Origin: Dimorphilus gyrociliatus
Taxonomy: Eukaryota; Animalia; Annelida
Assembly (NCBI GenBank): GCA_904063045.1
Contig: CAJFCJ010000061.1
Span: 24,186-88,185 of the forward strand
DNA length: 64,000 bases
Direction of reading: 5' to 3'
The notes below the pieces were generated by a model that had not been told where the DNA came from, ran no database searches, and was given only the letters and a program-made list of their open reading frames with translations. Below are positions 25,990 through 37,653 of this stretch, piece after piece. The position numbers were made by a program, and so were the translations under genes. Every line of letters begins with the position of its first letter. Position 1 is the first letter of the stretch.

Positions 25990-26470
25990 AAACCAATGAG
26001 GTATGCCCAATACTATTTTGACCATTCATTTAGAATAGCATTGAAATAATATGCAAAAAACTGGATTTTACTGAAATAGAAAGAATCACTTTTAAGTTTA
26101 TTTCCATTTAAAGTATTTACAGTCTTTGTTAAAAACTATTCAATAAAAAATATCATTTTGAAAGATATTGTATTGCAAAAAGTAGAATATCTACTAACTA
26201 TTTTGAGACTGGAACATTGCAAAGAATTACCTTAGCCAGCTTACTTCCCAGATCTTTCCCCCATAGAGAATGCATGGCACATGTTGAAGAATCTTGTATA
26301 TGACGGCCCCCCAATTTACTAAAAAGGAAACTTTGTGGAACTGTATCCAAAAAAAATTGGAAATTTTGAATAAAAGACGGAAGAAGGATTTAATCACCCT
26401 TCATAACTCCCTGCTAAAGAAAAGATTGGACTGCATTAATAAAATGGCTTGAAGCTAAAATACTAATTTT
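25990..26470 (+). mobile_element. Tc1 transposase 3' remnant
   Basis: PAYFPDLSPIENAWHMLKNLVYDGPQF at ~26230-26320. Confidence 0.7.
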
Positions 26471-26959
26471 TCTAAATGTATGTTTTAAAATTAATAAATA
26501 TATAAAATATAGGGGAGGTATGTAAAATTTGCTAGCCTTTTCCAAAAATTTCCATATGGAATTATACATACTCACAAAATAGGTAAATAATTAGTAAACT
26601 AGGAGAGGTAGAGAGTATCTGAAAACTAGACAAAATTTCCTACATTTTAGTCAATATTTGTTTAAAAGAAGGCCATTGATTACCCTAAAAAATAGCCCTT
26701 ATAAAAAAGCAGTCCATTGAATGAAAAATGTCTTTCACCACTGTATAGGAATCTGTACCGCTAAATATTCCTGTGACTAACAATAGTAAATTTACATAAG
26801 GATTTATAATAAACATATCCATATGACAATATGAAGATGGGCCATCTGTATTCAAGCAATGATATCTTTTAATCTAATCAACAGTTACAATGTGCTAGAT
26901 TTGAACACTGAATTCTACTAGTTTTTCTCTTCTTTCCTTTTCATTTGAGTTAATTACTA

Positions 26960-28565
26960 ATGGAATTAAAGAGAAAAACATTTGTCTTATCGTCAATTTT
27001 TCTCCTATTGCTTTGTTGTTTTGTCAATAGAACATTCTATGTGAAGACAGGAAAACATATTACAGATGTAAACAAAGATGAGTTATTATATTCTAAAGAT
27101 ATTATCAAATATTTAAACAAGTCAGAAGTTTATGATTTCAATGTTAAGAATTTCAAGGTGTTTGAATTTTATTCAGGATATTTTATTTCACACGATTCTA
27201 CAGTTAATTATAAAGGAAACAAAAGATTCGATAAAGGAACTGGAATTGAAATTGAAAGGGCCGACCAATCGATGATGTATCATTTTAACAGAAAAACACT
27301 AAAAGATATGAATGCAATCTTAGTTTATTCAGAAGACAGAAATTTCTCAAAGGAAAAATATTAAGCGAAAAATTTTATAATGAAGATGTAGAAGTGTGGT
27401 TAAAGGGAGTATTATGTGATTAAGAGAAAATGTTGCAACAGGTTAAAGTTTGAGAATATATGTTGGAGACATTTTGGAATAATCTCCAAAAAAGACAAAT
27501 TTGCCAACTGATAGATTAGGGTAACATTAATAACTTGAAAATAAGCACATTTTCTCTTAATTCCAATTAAATTTCCCAATTTCTTCTTTTCTTTTAAAAA
27601 CTGCAATATGTCTCTTAATGATAACATAGAAATGTGTCAACACTTTGCGATAATAAACTTTAATGAAGAAGTTGATACTAAACTGAAAATCCATCTCCAA
27701 GATCTCCAGCATCATGGAAATTATAATCTTTTTACCATTTATTTTTCCAAGTTTGACCTTTTACATTTATTTCGGTTTTGGCCATTTTTTAATATTTTAC
27801 TACAAAAAGTTGATTTTAAGTTTCTCGAGAAGAAAAAAGAGAAAAAAATTGCTGGTATTAATGGAAAGATTATTTTCAACTTGTTTATACATCTGGCTAT
27901 TGGTGTTGATATTTATTCTATTAATTTCTATTCTTGTATTCGAATCCGATTTGTTTTTATTCAATGGTCAGCATTATTATTGTTCATCATTCTATAAAGC
28001 TTGCCTTTTCCTTTCACTTCATCATGTAACTTTTTACCAGTTGACGTATGGTAATACTTTTCTAAATAGGCTTTTTATTAGCTTACAAGCAATAATATCG
28101 TATGAGAATTTTGGCATTTGTCTGTTAATGAACTTGACAATTCTAACATCAAATTTTCTAGGAAACTTTTTCTGTGCCTTCATGATTACTGCTAAGAGAA
28201 TTTATTACTTTTATCGAATTTTAAAAATGAAAGAGAAGAAAGAATTGATTGTTTTGTACCTTGCTGGATTATCAAATTATTTCTCTTTGTGGGACGATAT
28301 TCCTATGGAAAACATTTGTGCTTTAACTGATCAACACCTTGTCACACAAGTTCAAAGATCTTCTAATGAAAATTTTATTACTAGGAAACAGTTCAAACCA
28401 GTTCATTTACAAACAACATTTTCCCAAACGCCTCTAAGTGTTTACAAATTTATAATATCAGAAGAGAAATTATGTGAAGTATGTAAAATTTGTGACAAAA
28501 GATTAAATATGGATTCCTATCATTTTGTTTACAGTCATATTTATCATAAAAATTGTATTTTTTAG
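26960..28565 (+). pseudogene. Intronless multi-pass membrane protein with N-terminal signal/TM and degenerate C-terminal RING-H2 (putative membrane E3 ligase), frameshifted
   Basis: Hydrophobic N-terminus (FVLSSIFLLLLCCF). Several hydrophobic segments in 27714-28565. C-terminal CKIC..YSHIYHKNCI resembles the RING-H2 C-x-H-x2-H-x2-C pattern, truncated. Confidence 0.45.
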
Positions 28566-28689
28566 TATATAAGTAAACGAAACAATCTATTTTTAGTTTG
28601 TAATTATCAACTATTATCAATTAATTGTTAACTTTAATGATATTAGTTTACTTTTATTGCATTTTTTTAAATATGATGTGAAGTGAGAA

Positions 28690-29100
28690 CATTATGGATC
28701 TTGTATTCAAGAAACTCAGTTAGACAAAGACCTGATCTCACAAGCAACAATTGCAAGAGAAGAAAAATTTTCTGCCTTCAGATAATCAGTGATAATCTAG
28801 ACTGGTCTAGAGTAATATTCACTGACGAGGCTAGATTCTCACTGAGTGGGCCAGACGGTTTTTGTACTTGGACCAAAGATGGCAAAAAAGACCTCACGCT
28901 GATTGGACCTTGCCATTTCACAGGTATATTTCAGAACAGGATTTGAACAGGTTTGAGGCTCATCTGAAACAGATAGAAAGCTAAATATACTACAAAGGTA
29001 AAGTGAAGGTGAGGGAAAGACAATTAGTAAAAGTGAGTTTAAAAGAAACATTACAATTTGACATAAACTTTTCTGTTATAAACAAGGTAATGCCAATGTT
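28690..29100 (+). mobile_element. Tc1 fragment related to 23293-24675
   Basis: VRQRPDLTSNN..DNLDWSRVIFTDEARFSLSGPD, paralogous to ~23800-24000 (minus strand). Confidence 0.8.
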
Positions 29101-29319
29101 GCAGAGTCAAGATAACCAATATTAGTATGAATATGCAATATATCTCCTTTTTGTGAAAGTGCTACATCTATTGATGTTTATGTTTTTATTGAAATGTTAT
29201 TTACCTTTTAGAAAATTGGCTCAAGGTCAGACAGTTGACTCTTGATTTTTGGTTAATTTTGTAAAAAATCCATCTAAATAAAAAGTTGCAAAACATTGGA
29301 TAGATAAATAGATACATAC

Positions 29320-29770
29320 TGTACTGCTTTTCCTTGTCCAATTTATGCATTTGCAAGTTACAACAATACTGGTTCTACTCGAACATATAAACAAATGTTT
29401 AAATGTTTAAAAGAATGGTTTATTCAAAATAATAATACTTAAGCAAGTAGCAATATGAGAGTTTAATAGCAGAGTAGATAGTTTGTGAAAGCAGGTTGCC
29501 AAACTATCAAACTGTTTTCCATTGTTGAGGAGTAGATGGCTGGCTCCAGCGAAGGTTGTTTCCAGGTTATCTTCCCAGGTTCTTGGGTCCAGATAGGGAT
29601 GCTTAGAATGAAAATAGTGAGGATTTATATACTTTGAGGTTTGCCTCTGATATCCAATCATCATTTTACAGTTACCAAACTGTGTAGTTCATATTTATGT
29701 TTAGTAAGAGAATGCTACAATGTTGAACATTTAGGAAGGTTAATTGAAATATAACCTGGCCACACCTTAG
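29320..29770. repeat. Repeat family U (segments X-like + Z)
   Basis: Colinear with 24905-25390. Confidence 0.75.
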
Positions 29771-30310
29771 GCAAGTTAATTGAATTATAACAAGTATATA
29801 TCAAGTATTCCTTCTTTCTACTGTTTAGTGAGATCATTAAACCGTTTGCAACTCCTGCTGATTTTATAACCGCATCAGATTCTATAAACAATAAAAAAAC
29901 TGTCAGCATTAGTTTTGTGTAGATGAAATCCTGGTCTGCCTACAAGGGGCTGTTCTTAGACAGCTAGAAACGTATATTCATCAAGACAAAGGGATAGAAC
30001 AATAGTTAATAACATGCTTTTTAAATATTTCATGCAGAAAAATTGATCTTTGGCCATTTTCAATCAAGGCTTTGGCCGTTTTCTATCATATTCTTTAATT
30101 TTCATTTCATACTCCTTCCATATATCAGTGCTGTCCCTGTCTTAGTAATATCTTTTTACAAATGTTTTCTTATTTGGAAACTTTAAAAAACTTCTAATCA
30201 TATAATTGTTCATATATTTGATAAAAAGTTAGAAATTCCACTAAAAAACAGAACAAATGGCTCAAAATATAGAAAATGAAAGTAAAACAAGAAAAAGGCA
30301 TGGTTTCAAA

Positions 30311-30620
30311 ATGTCAGCCAAACAATTTGTTGTTAGTGAAAAAAAACTTAAATGTTCAATTTGCTTGGACTTCTTTGTGGAACAAAATCCAAGAAAGCTA
30401 GCCTGTAAACATACATATGATTTCGGATAGATTCCACAAAGACACAAGGAAAACTGTGAATTATGCTGTCCACAGTGCAGACAAAAAATGAAAATAAAAA
30501 GGAGGGATATAAATCAACCTCAATGTCTTTTTGAATAAAAATATGGAGGCAATGGATTTTTAAATATTTGTGAAGGACTTCGAATGTCAGCCACCCTGTA
30601 AAATTTTTAGTTTTCATATT
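30311..30620 (+). pseudogene. RING-LRR pseudogene, paralog of 36185-37144, followed by a Tc1 remnant
   Basis: MSAKQFVVSEKKLKCSICLD..PRKLACKHTY..*..LCCPQCRQ, then GNGFLNICEGLRMSA. In-frame stops. Not in the ORF track on this strand. Confidence 0.7.
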
Positions 30621-30869
30621 AAGATATACTGAATAACTACTTTGAATTGGTAATAATAATTATTAATATGTAGAAACTAATATCCTTTACAAAAAATTAT
30701 CAAAAAATTGATTTTCTTTTAAAAAATCCAGTTTTAGTAATTATACCTCAAAAAAAGGGATTAGTTAAAAATGCGTCACCGTCTATTTAATCAAAAACTA
30801 GGGGGCTAAGCTGCATAAATCAAATAGGAAATTATCTTATTATAATTGTATCTTTGGTTATTCAAAAAA

Positions 30870-31500
30870 ATGGTGGTCATTGATAAAGGAATTCGTCATT
30901 TGGTTGTTGAAAAACACCAAGAAGGGCTATCGTTGAATAAAATTGCCAAAATGCTAAAAATTTGGAGGTTCAATGCCCAAAATATCTGGAAAAAGTTTCA
31001 ATTGCATTGTACAATTGAAGATTTACCCAGAAGTGGCAGGCCAGTCAAATTAAGCGAGTGAGATGAGAGAATATTATGCCTTATATCTAGCAGAAATCCT
31101 TTCTGGGGAGCAAAAAAAATTTTGTCAGCATCTAAATTAGCCTCAATAATACCCCTATCTACTTGCAAGAATGTTTTAAGGAAACATAACTTGAGAGGCA
31201 ATGTTGCAGCAAAAAAACCCCTATTAAAAAAAAGGCATTTAATAAATAGGAGAAAGTTTTGCAAAAGACTCCTCTCTTGGAACACAGAGCAAATTAATTC
31301 AATTGTGTTTTCAGATGAGACAAGGATAGATTTATATCCAAAACACAGGCAATTTGTCAGAAGGCATCCAGCAGATAGATTTCAAGCAAAATATGCCATA
31401 AAAACATTTAAGGAGGCAAATGGTACCCTAAATATATGGGGTTATATAAAAAGTGATGGCAGCAGAGGTATACATTTATATATTCCTAACCACTTCTCAA
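30870..31500 (+). mobile_element. Tc1 transposase 5' half (HTH + first D)
   Basis: MVVIDKGIRHLVV..RSGRPVKLS, AAKKPLL, IVFSDETRI; truncated after IWGYI. Confidence 0.85.
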
Positions 31501-32059
31501 TCTAAAATCTAGTCTTAAAATTTCTCATTTGTGGACATCTTCTGTCGACCCCTTTAATTACCACATATTTGAATAATTAATTCAAATTAAGATTTTAGAT
31601 TATCTTACATTTGAGGATTTATCATCATTTACTTCAATGTTTGCTTGTCTAAAATGTTAACAATGACTATTATAGAATTATTAAAAAAGTAGATATTTCT
31701 TACTTGTCCACCATTTTAGCTCTGATGCAATTTATTCAAAGAGAGAGATTGAAAGAGATAGTGAGAGTGTGTCCCTGTGTCTTTAAATTTCTATTTTCTT
31801 TTTCATAAAATAAGTCTGAACATGTTAGATTTTCCTTTTGGTCAAATTCTATGATTTATTTTAGGCCTACTATTAATATTATTCACAGTTTAAACTGAAC
31901 TGAATAGTTCTTGTTTCTTTGTCAATTGCAGATATTTAGAGCTTCAAGGTATTAGTGAAGCATTTCAATCACTGTTTTTAATTGAAATGTATATTGTTTC
32001 TAGATTTAGAAGTGAAACTATAAAAGTTCAAAACAATTCTATTTAACAACATTGAAAAG

Positions 32060-32340
32060 AAATATGCATTTGTGTGAAATACATTTGGAATGCATCCACC
32101 ATATTATTCATGTCAAAAAGATGTTTATTCATATATTGCACATGATTTTGTTTGTAAAATGCGAAATGAAGAGTATTCTCCTCTTGTGAATAATGCTTAT
32201 GTGACAAAGGGGAAGGTCAGGCTCTTACTCTTTACAATTGTGTTTATGTAAACAATGAAATTAAAGAATGTTATGCAACTTTTCACAACATTGTTACTGC
32301 CTGCCCAATAAATTCAACTTGTGCAATAAGAAATAAATAA
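32060..32340 (+). pseudogene. SRCR-like exon remnant
   Basis: DFVCKMRN..LTLYNCVYVNNEIKECY..CP..C cysteine spacing, with stops and frameshifts. Confidence 0.3.
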
Positions 32341-32419
32341 AAAATAAGTACATTTTAACATACATATTCATATAGCAGCACCAACTTACAGATAGAATTC
32401 AACACATCCCAACCAAGAG

Positions 32420-32885
32420 ATAGAATTATTTTCCGATCCATTCATTAGCCAAAATCAACCTTATATCTTTGGACCAACTAAAAGAATGTTGGAAATAAGT
32501 TCAAACATACAAATAGTTTATAACTTCCTACCACTTGTAATTGCAAATATATTCCTTCCATTCTAATAACAAGCATCGATCAAATATCAAAAAGAATGAG
32601 GAATTTCACAATTCATATTGACATGCATCTCCCTTTAAATTGTTTAACAAATTTATTAAAATAGATCCAACTTCTTCAACATTTCTCTTCCATACTTTAT
32701 ATTTAGTTACACTTGCACAATTTCCAATCCATTCATTAGCCAAGAACAAACTATCTGGACCAATTAATTGAATGTTGGAAATGAGACTTTACAAATTACA
32801 GTACTTATTCATATTCCCTTTCCAATCTATTCATTAACCAAAATAACCCACAACATGGATCAACTAAATGAATGTTGGAAAAAGT
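32420..32885. repeat. Three imperfect direct repeats (~60-bp core)
   Basis: CCATTCATTAGCCAA...GGACCAA...GAATGTTGGAAA at ~32440, ~32725 and ~32822. Confidence 0.65.
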
Positions 32886-33617
32886 CTGATAAGAACAAAA
32901 ACAAAAATATAGAACATTCTTCATCACCCTAAAAGTTTAAGTTCTACTCCCCTATATATTTCCCACTTGTATATTTTACTCTCTGGTCTCCATTTGGTAA
33001 TTTCATTCTTTACTTATCATTTATTTTTGGTTTAAACTTTTTACTTTTTTCTCTATTTTCTATTTCTATTGTTCATTTTTTAATTCTTATTAGCTAGTTT
33101 TTGTACACTAACACATAAGAATCTCTATCAACAAATAAAACACTAGTACCTGGAGAGAATTTTTTCAGGAAGATTCTCAAGCCTCTCACATTTTTGATAT
33201 TAGGTATAATAGACTCTGAAAAGTCCCAGATTTCAAAATACAGAGGGGGACGAAACCACGGTAGGTCGAGTAGGTAGGAATTTTTCTTTGGAAATTGTTT
33301 TAAACGTCGACTTTGAGCGTATTTTTTCTTTGACTACTTTCCAAAATCGATTGGGACTCTTGAAGTGTGAGAATCCTGTTTCTCTTTTTTGATTTAGTAA
33401 AAAAAACCTTTTGCAAGCCGTAACCCTAACTTAACCTAAAATACATTTTGTATACTTATTAAATATATTTCAGAATCATAAATGATACAAAGACATTATA
33501 AATTATACCCAAGAAAAGAGTTGTCCAGGGCACGTTTTGTCCAGGGGATGTTTTGTCCAGCATTCGTTTAGGAGGGCTAATTGAATTAAGACTCTGCTAG
33601 ATTCATAATGAAAGTTG

Positions 33618-33824
33618 GGATATGACAGAAAACGTCCCCAAATTCATGGTTTAACCCTAACCCTAACCTAGCCCTTGTCTCTATCTAATCTTTTAGATTA
33701 CCCCTAACCCTTAGATGGAATCCACCTAACTACAAATCAAAAGCTGCTTTACTCCTCCTAGCCATTTTTTAACCCAAAATGTCGCTTTCAAAAATCTCAC
33801 TTGGGGACGTTTTCTGTCGGACCC
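33618..33824. mobile_element. 207-bp MULE-derived MITE with perfect 9-bp TSD
   Basis: TSD TGAAAGTTG at 33609-33617 and 33825-33833. TIRs GGATATGACAGAAAACGTCCCC / GGGGACGTTTTCTGTCGGACCC. Internal CCCTAACCCTAACC. Confidence 0.92.
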
Positions 33825-34319
33825 TGAAAGTTGAACCATTCTAATAACTAATTGAAATATAATTTGGCTAAGTCTTATCTCATTTTTTAACAAAAACTTT
33901 TAATTCAGAAAATTTCTATTTATAAAATATTCCATTATAAGAGAATATTTTTAAGATGATAATGTTAAATACAAAAGAGTTGAAAAGAGAGAAATTATAA
34001 TAATCATACAAATCAAAACTATTGGTTAAGGGCATTTTCAAAATCTTCCATAGCTTTGTATAGATATTCTGATCTTTTTTCCCTTTATTGACTGATTATC
34101 AATGTCAATTAAAATAGATCCAATTTGTTTAAAACTTCTAAGTGAAATTTCTATTTCTTTTTCCCAATGTCACCAATAAATCCATCCACTTCTTAATAAT
34201 CTATAGATGAAAGTTTAAAACTTGCATCTAGTGAATTTCTGCTAGAGTGGATGGATTTTTGTATTTGAATTTTTTTTCTTGGATGTACTAAAAATTTTAT
34301 AAAAGTACGATTTCCTGTA

Positions 34320-35240
34320 CTTTGTTGTATTATGATAATAAGAATTTCTGGTTCATCTCTACTGTAATTGTCCTTTCCAATCATTTGCCAACTTGCCAAA
34401 GTACTCAAACAAATAGAACCTTTAAAGATCATCCATAAATAATCTTAACAAATGTAATTTCAGTAGAAATTAATCAACAAAACACCAGTATTTTGTCCAA
34501 AGGATATGTATTGAGTAAAGCGAAGTTCCAGTTCTAAACAAGCTAGTTTAAACATCTAGCTGACAGCTAGAAAACTGAATTATCAACCATTAATTTTGTA
34601 GGGTTTATATACTCTTTAAAGGGTTGATAGTTCACAAATTTCAATGTTTACAAAAACAACAGTAACATTTGAAGACAAAGAAAAGTTGGAAATATGGTCA
34701 TATTTATATTGTTTTCCTCTTCTAAATAATAGTTGTATTTCTCAGATTGGAGAGTTGCATAAGATGTAACAATTTTGATACAATTCCAACAATCAACAAA
34801 ACATGTGGATTGTATATTTGACCATTGTTGTATTCTACTTTAAGAATAATAATTAATTAAATCAGTTAATAAATGTAGGATGAGTATATGCAGAGGAAGC
34901 ATATCTGATTAATGCATGTTATATAGAAGAGTATTGCGTATACAACACAGTTGAATAGTAAACAAAACTTAAACTGAACTTAGAAATAAAGCATATTTGA
35001 TATTAAATTGAACTGCTTTTAGTCAAATTCATAAAATTAAAGAATAATAATGTTAGGTTGTATATAGCAATATTCTGTAGATCATTAAAAAGAATTTTTT
35101 GCCTCGTACTGTATATGCACTGCTGTATGTGAAACTAGGTGAATACTGCTTATCTCTATCAATGCTATCTGCACAGTATAATACTGATTCAATACTACTT
35201 ATCTATTGTAGAAAATAGCTGACGATTGTATGTGTAGAGA
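34320..35240. repeat. Repeat family U (segments Y+X)
   Basis: Colinear with 3590-4530. Confidence 0.8.
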
Positions 35241-36160
35241 AATTCTATGAACTTGTTTTATAAATAAGAGTTTGCTAAATTTTTTTTGTGACAGTTATAC
35301 TTTTTACTATTTTTGGGGATTTTAGTTCAGGTATGGCTGAACATAAAATAGAAATAATCTTGTTCAGGGTTAGGCTAGGGAACAATGATTTATCAACTTT
35401 GCAAAATCTCTACTTTGTTCTTTATTTAAATCACAGTAATATAATTCCAGATGCTTTAAAGTGTTTGATGACATTTGAAGCCCTTAACAAATATTCAAAA
35501 ATTCATTTCCCATGCTTTGATTCCGTGATTGGTTGATTGTTTCTACTGTGAAACAATGTTTCAGCAACTTTCCCAACTCTGTACTTTGTACTTCATTAAA
35601 ATCACAGCCACATAATTTCAGATGTTTCAAAGAGTTATATTAACATTCACTTGACATCTGTCAACATTGTAATAAATTTCATTTTAAAATTTAAGGTAAA
35701 GCCCTCAAAGCAACTCAACTTGTAGTTTTTTCAATTTTACTAGACCTACTTTTATAAATAATACAATTTTTAACTCCATTATCGCTCATGTGTATTCTAA
35801 ATATCACTTGATGCCATATCGATTTATTTATAGAAGATTTTGTAAAAAAAGGTTTTTCAAAAGTGTTGGGAGAAAACGGACCAGTTAGCTAAACTTTGGT
35901 TAAGACTATCGGCTTTTCTAGAATTAGGAATATTGGAACTTGAATATTTTTCAGTTTAGATAAGGCTGAACTGAGGCTTGGGAAGCGCAAAGCGGAAAGA
36001 ATCTTGTTAACTATTGGTTAAGGATAAAGGTTATCCACTAAAACATGGACCATTTTCTCAAGTGTAAAAGACAGGAGTGTGCCTAAAGTATGGAAAGAGT
36101 CTTCACTATAAAAATTACTATATTTCTCTCCATTGCTTAGTTATACATGACTGATTATCT

Positions 36161-36170
36161 GTCACGTGAC
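36161..36170. promoter_or_regulatory. GTCACGTGAC palindrome 15 nt upstream of the RING-LRR ATG
   Basis: Exact CLEAR/E-box consensus immediately 5' of 36185. Confidence 0.35.
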
Positions 36171-36184
36171 ACATACCTTTCAAT

Positions 36185-37144
36185 ATGACTACAGACCAAT
36201 TCCAATTCGAACTTGAAAAATTAGAATGTGAAATTTGTTTAGATCGCTGGTTGGATGATCCAAAAATACTGTCTTGTCAACATACATTTTGTATAAAATG
36301 CTTTAGTAAATTACCAATTAAAAATTTTCAACTTATTTGTCCAAAATGTGGAGCAAATTGTCCTATACCTAAAGAAAATTGGATAGACAAACCAGTAGTT
36401 AATGATTCTGTTAAGAAAAATGGATTATCTTATATATGTTATGGATTCTATCAATCTATTAACACTTTAAAAGATGTTACATTTATTAATTGCCATTTAA
36501 ATGAAGAAAACTGTTATCAGATTGGAAATATGTTGAAATATTGCTCAATATTAGAAAAAATTCATATTGGATGGAATAGAAATATGGGAAATGGAATAAT
36601 TTATATTTGTAAAGGTCTTTTTTCATCATCAAATACTTTGAAAGATTTAAATTTTTATGGTTGTAGTTTAGATGTTGAAGGATGCAAGGAAATTGGAAAT
36701 CTTTTAGAAAATTGCTCTAAAATAGAACAAATTGATTTTGGATGGAATAAATCAATGAAAACTGGAATAGATTTTATTTGTAAAGGTCTTTTTCAATCAG
36801 CAAATTCATTGAAATATATGAATTTTATTAATTGCAATATAAATGAAGAACAATGCAAAAGTATAGGAAATCTACTTCAAAGTTGCTCCAGTTTCGAAAC
36901 CATTAATCTATATGGAAATAGTATGATAAAAGAGGGTATATTTCATATTTGTGAAGGATTAATTCAATCATCAAATACTCTGAAAAACATCAGTTTTTGC
37001 AATTGTAATTTTAGTGATGAAATTTGTAAAATAATTAGAGAAATGTTAGAAACATGCTCTGAATTGGAAAAATTAGATTTAAGTTTAAATCATGAAGTGG
37101 GAAATGAATTTTCTTTTGTATTTTTCAACAATTTTTTAATTTAA
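36185..37144 (+). CDS. RING-HC finger + ribonuclease-inhibitor/NLR-type LRR protein
   Basis: CEIC..PKILSCQHTFCIKC..CPKC (C3HC4), then ~56-aa double LRR units (SSNTLKDLNFYGCSL..IGNLLENCSKIEQIDFGWN). Intronless as read. Confidence 0.85.
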   Translation: MTTDQFQFELEKLECEICLDRWLDDPKILSCQHTFCIKCFSKLPIKNFQLICPKCGANCPIPKENWIDKPVVNDSVKKNGLSYICYGFYQSINTLKDVTFINCHLNEENCYQIGNMLKYCSILEKIHIGWNRNMGNGIIYICKGLFSSSNTLKDLNFYGCSLDVEGCKEIGNLLENCSKIEQIDFGWNKSMKTGIDFICKGLFQSANSLKYMNFINCNINEEQCKSIGNLLQSCSSFETINLYGNSMIKEGIFHICEGLIQSSNTLKNISFCNCNFSDEICKIIREMLETCSELEKLDLSLNHEVGNEFSFVFFNNFLI

Positions 37145-37262
37145 ATATTTAGATAAAATGTTGAATATTGGGTTTGATTATACAATTTCTTTTGTGAGTT
37201 TTTGAAAACAGATATTGCCATGGAATATATTATCAAAAGGAAAGTAGGCAGCCATTTTGAAT

Positions 37263-37469
37263 GGGGTCGACAGAAAACGTCCACAAATGAGAAATTTTAA
37301 GACTAGATTTTAGATTGGGAAATGATTAGGAAGAAGAACACAGCAACTGATTTGTACTTAGGAGGATCTCCTCTAAGGGTTAAAGCTGATGGAAAAGGTT
37401 AGGTACAGCCAAGGGCTGGGTTGGGGTTAGGGTAAAAGCACTGATTTGTGAACCTTTTCTGTCGCATCC
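37263..37469. mobile_element. 207-bp MULE-derived MITE
   Basis: TSD ATTTTGAAT (37254-37262) / ATTCTGAAT (37470-37478), 8/9 match. TIR GGGGTCGACAGAAAACG..TTTTCTGTCGCATCC. A paralogous empty site is at ~40310-40350. Confidence 0.92.
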
Positions 37470-37653
37470 ATTCTGAATATGTCAGTATATCTGATATTTG
37501 ACTACTATTTGCATTTCTTTTTAAGGTCAGAAGTTGTATTTTCAACCTATTTCTGTTAATTAACTGACAAAACTGATTGCATAATCAGCTATTTCTAGAG
37601 AATAAAATAGATGGTGTATATTTGGTCTATAATTTTCACATTCTCAATTTACA

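Noticed and set aside
33240-33300. GAGGGGGACG..GGTAGGTCGAGTAGGTAGG, possible DNA-transposon terminus
   Set aside because: No matching inverted end or TSD was found in the window.
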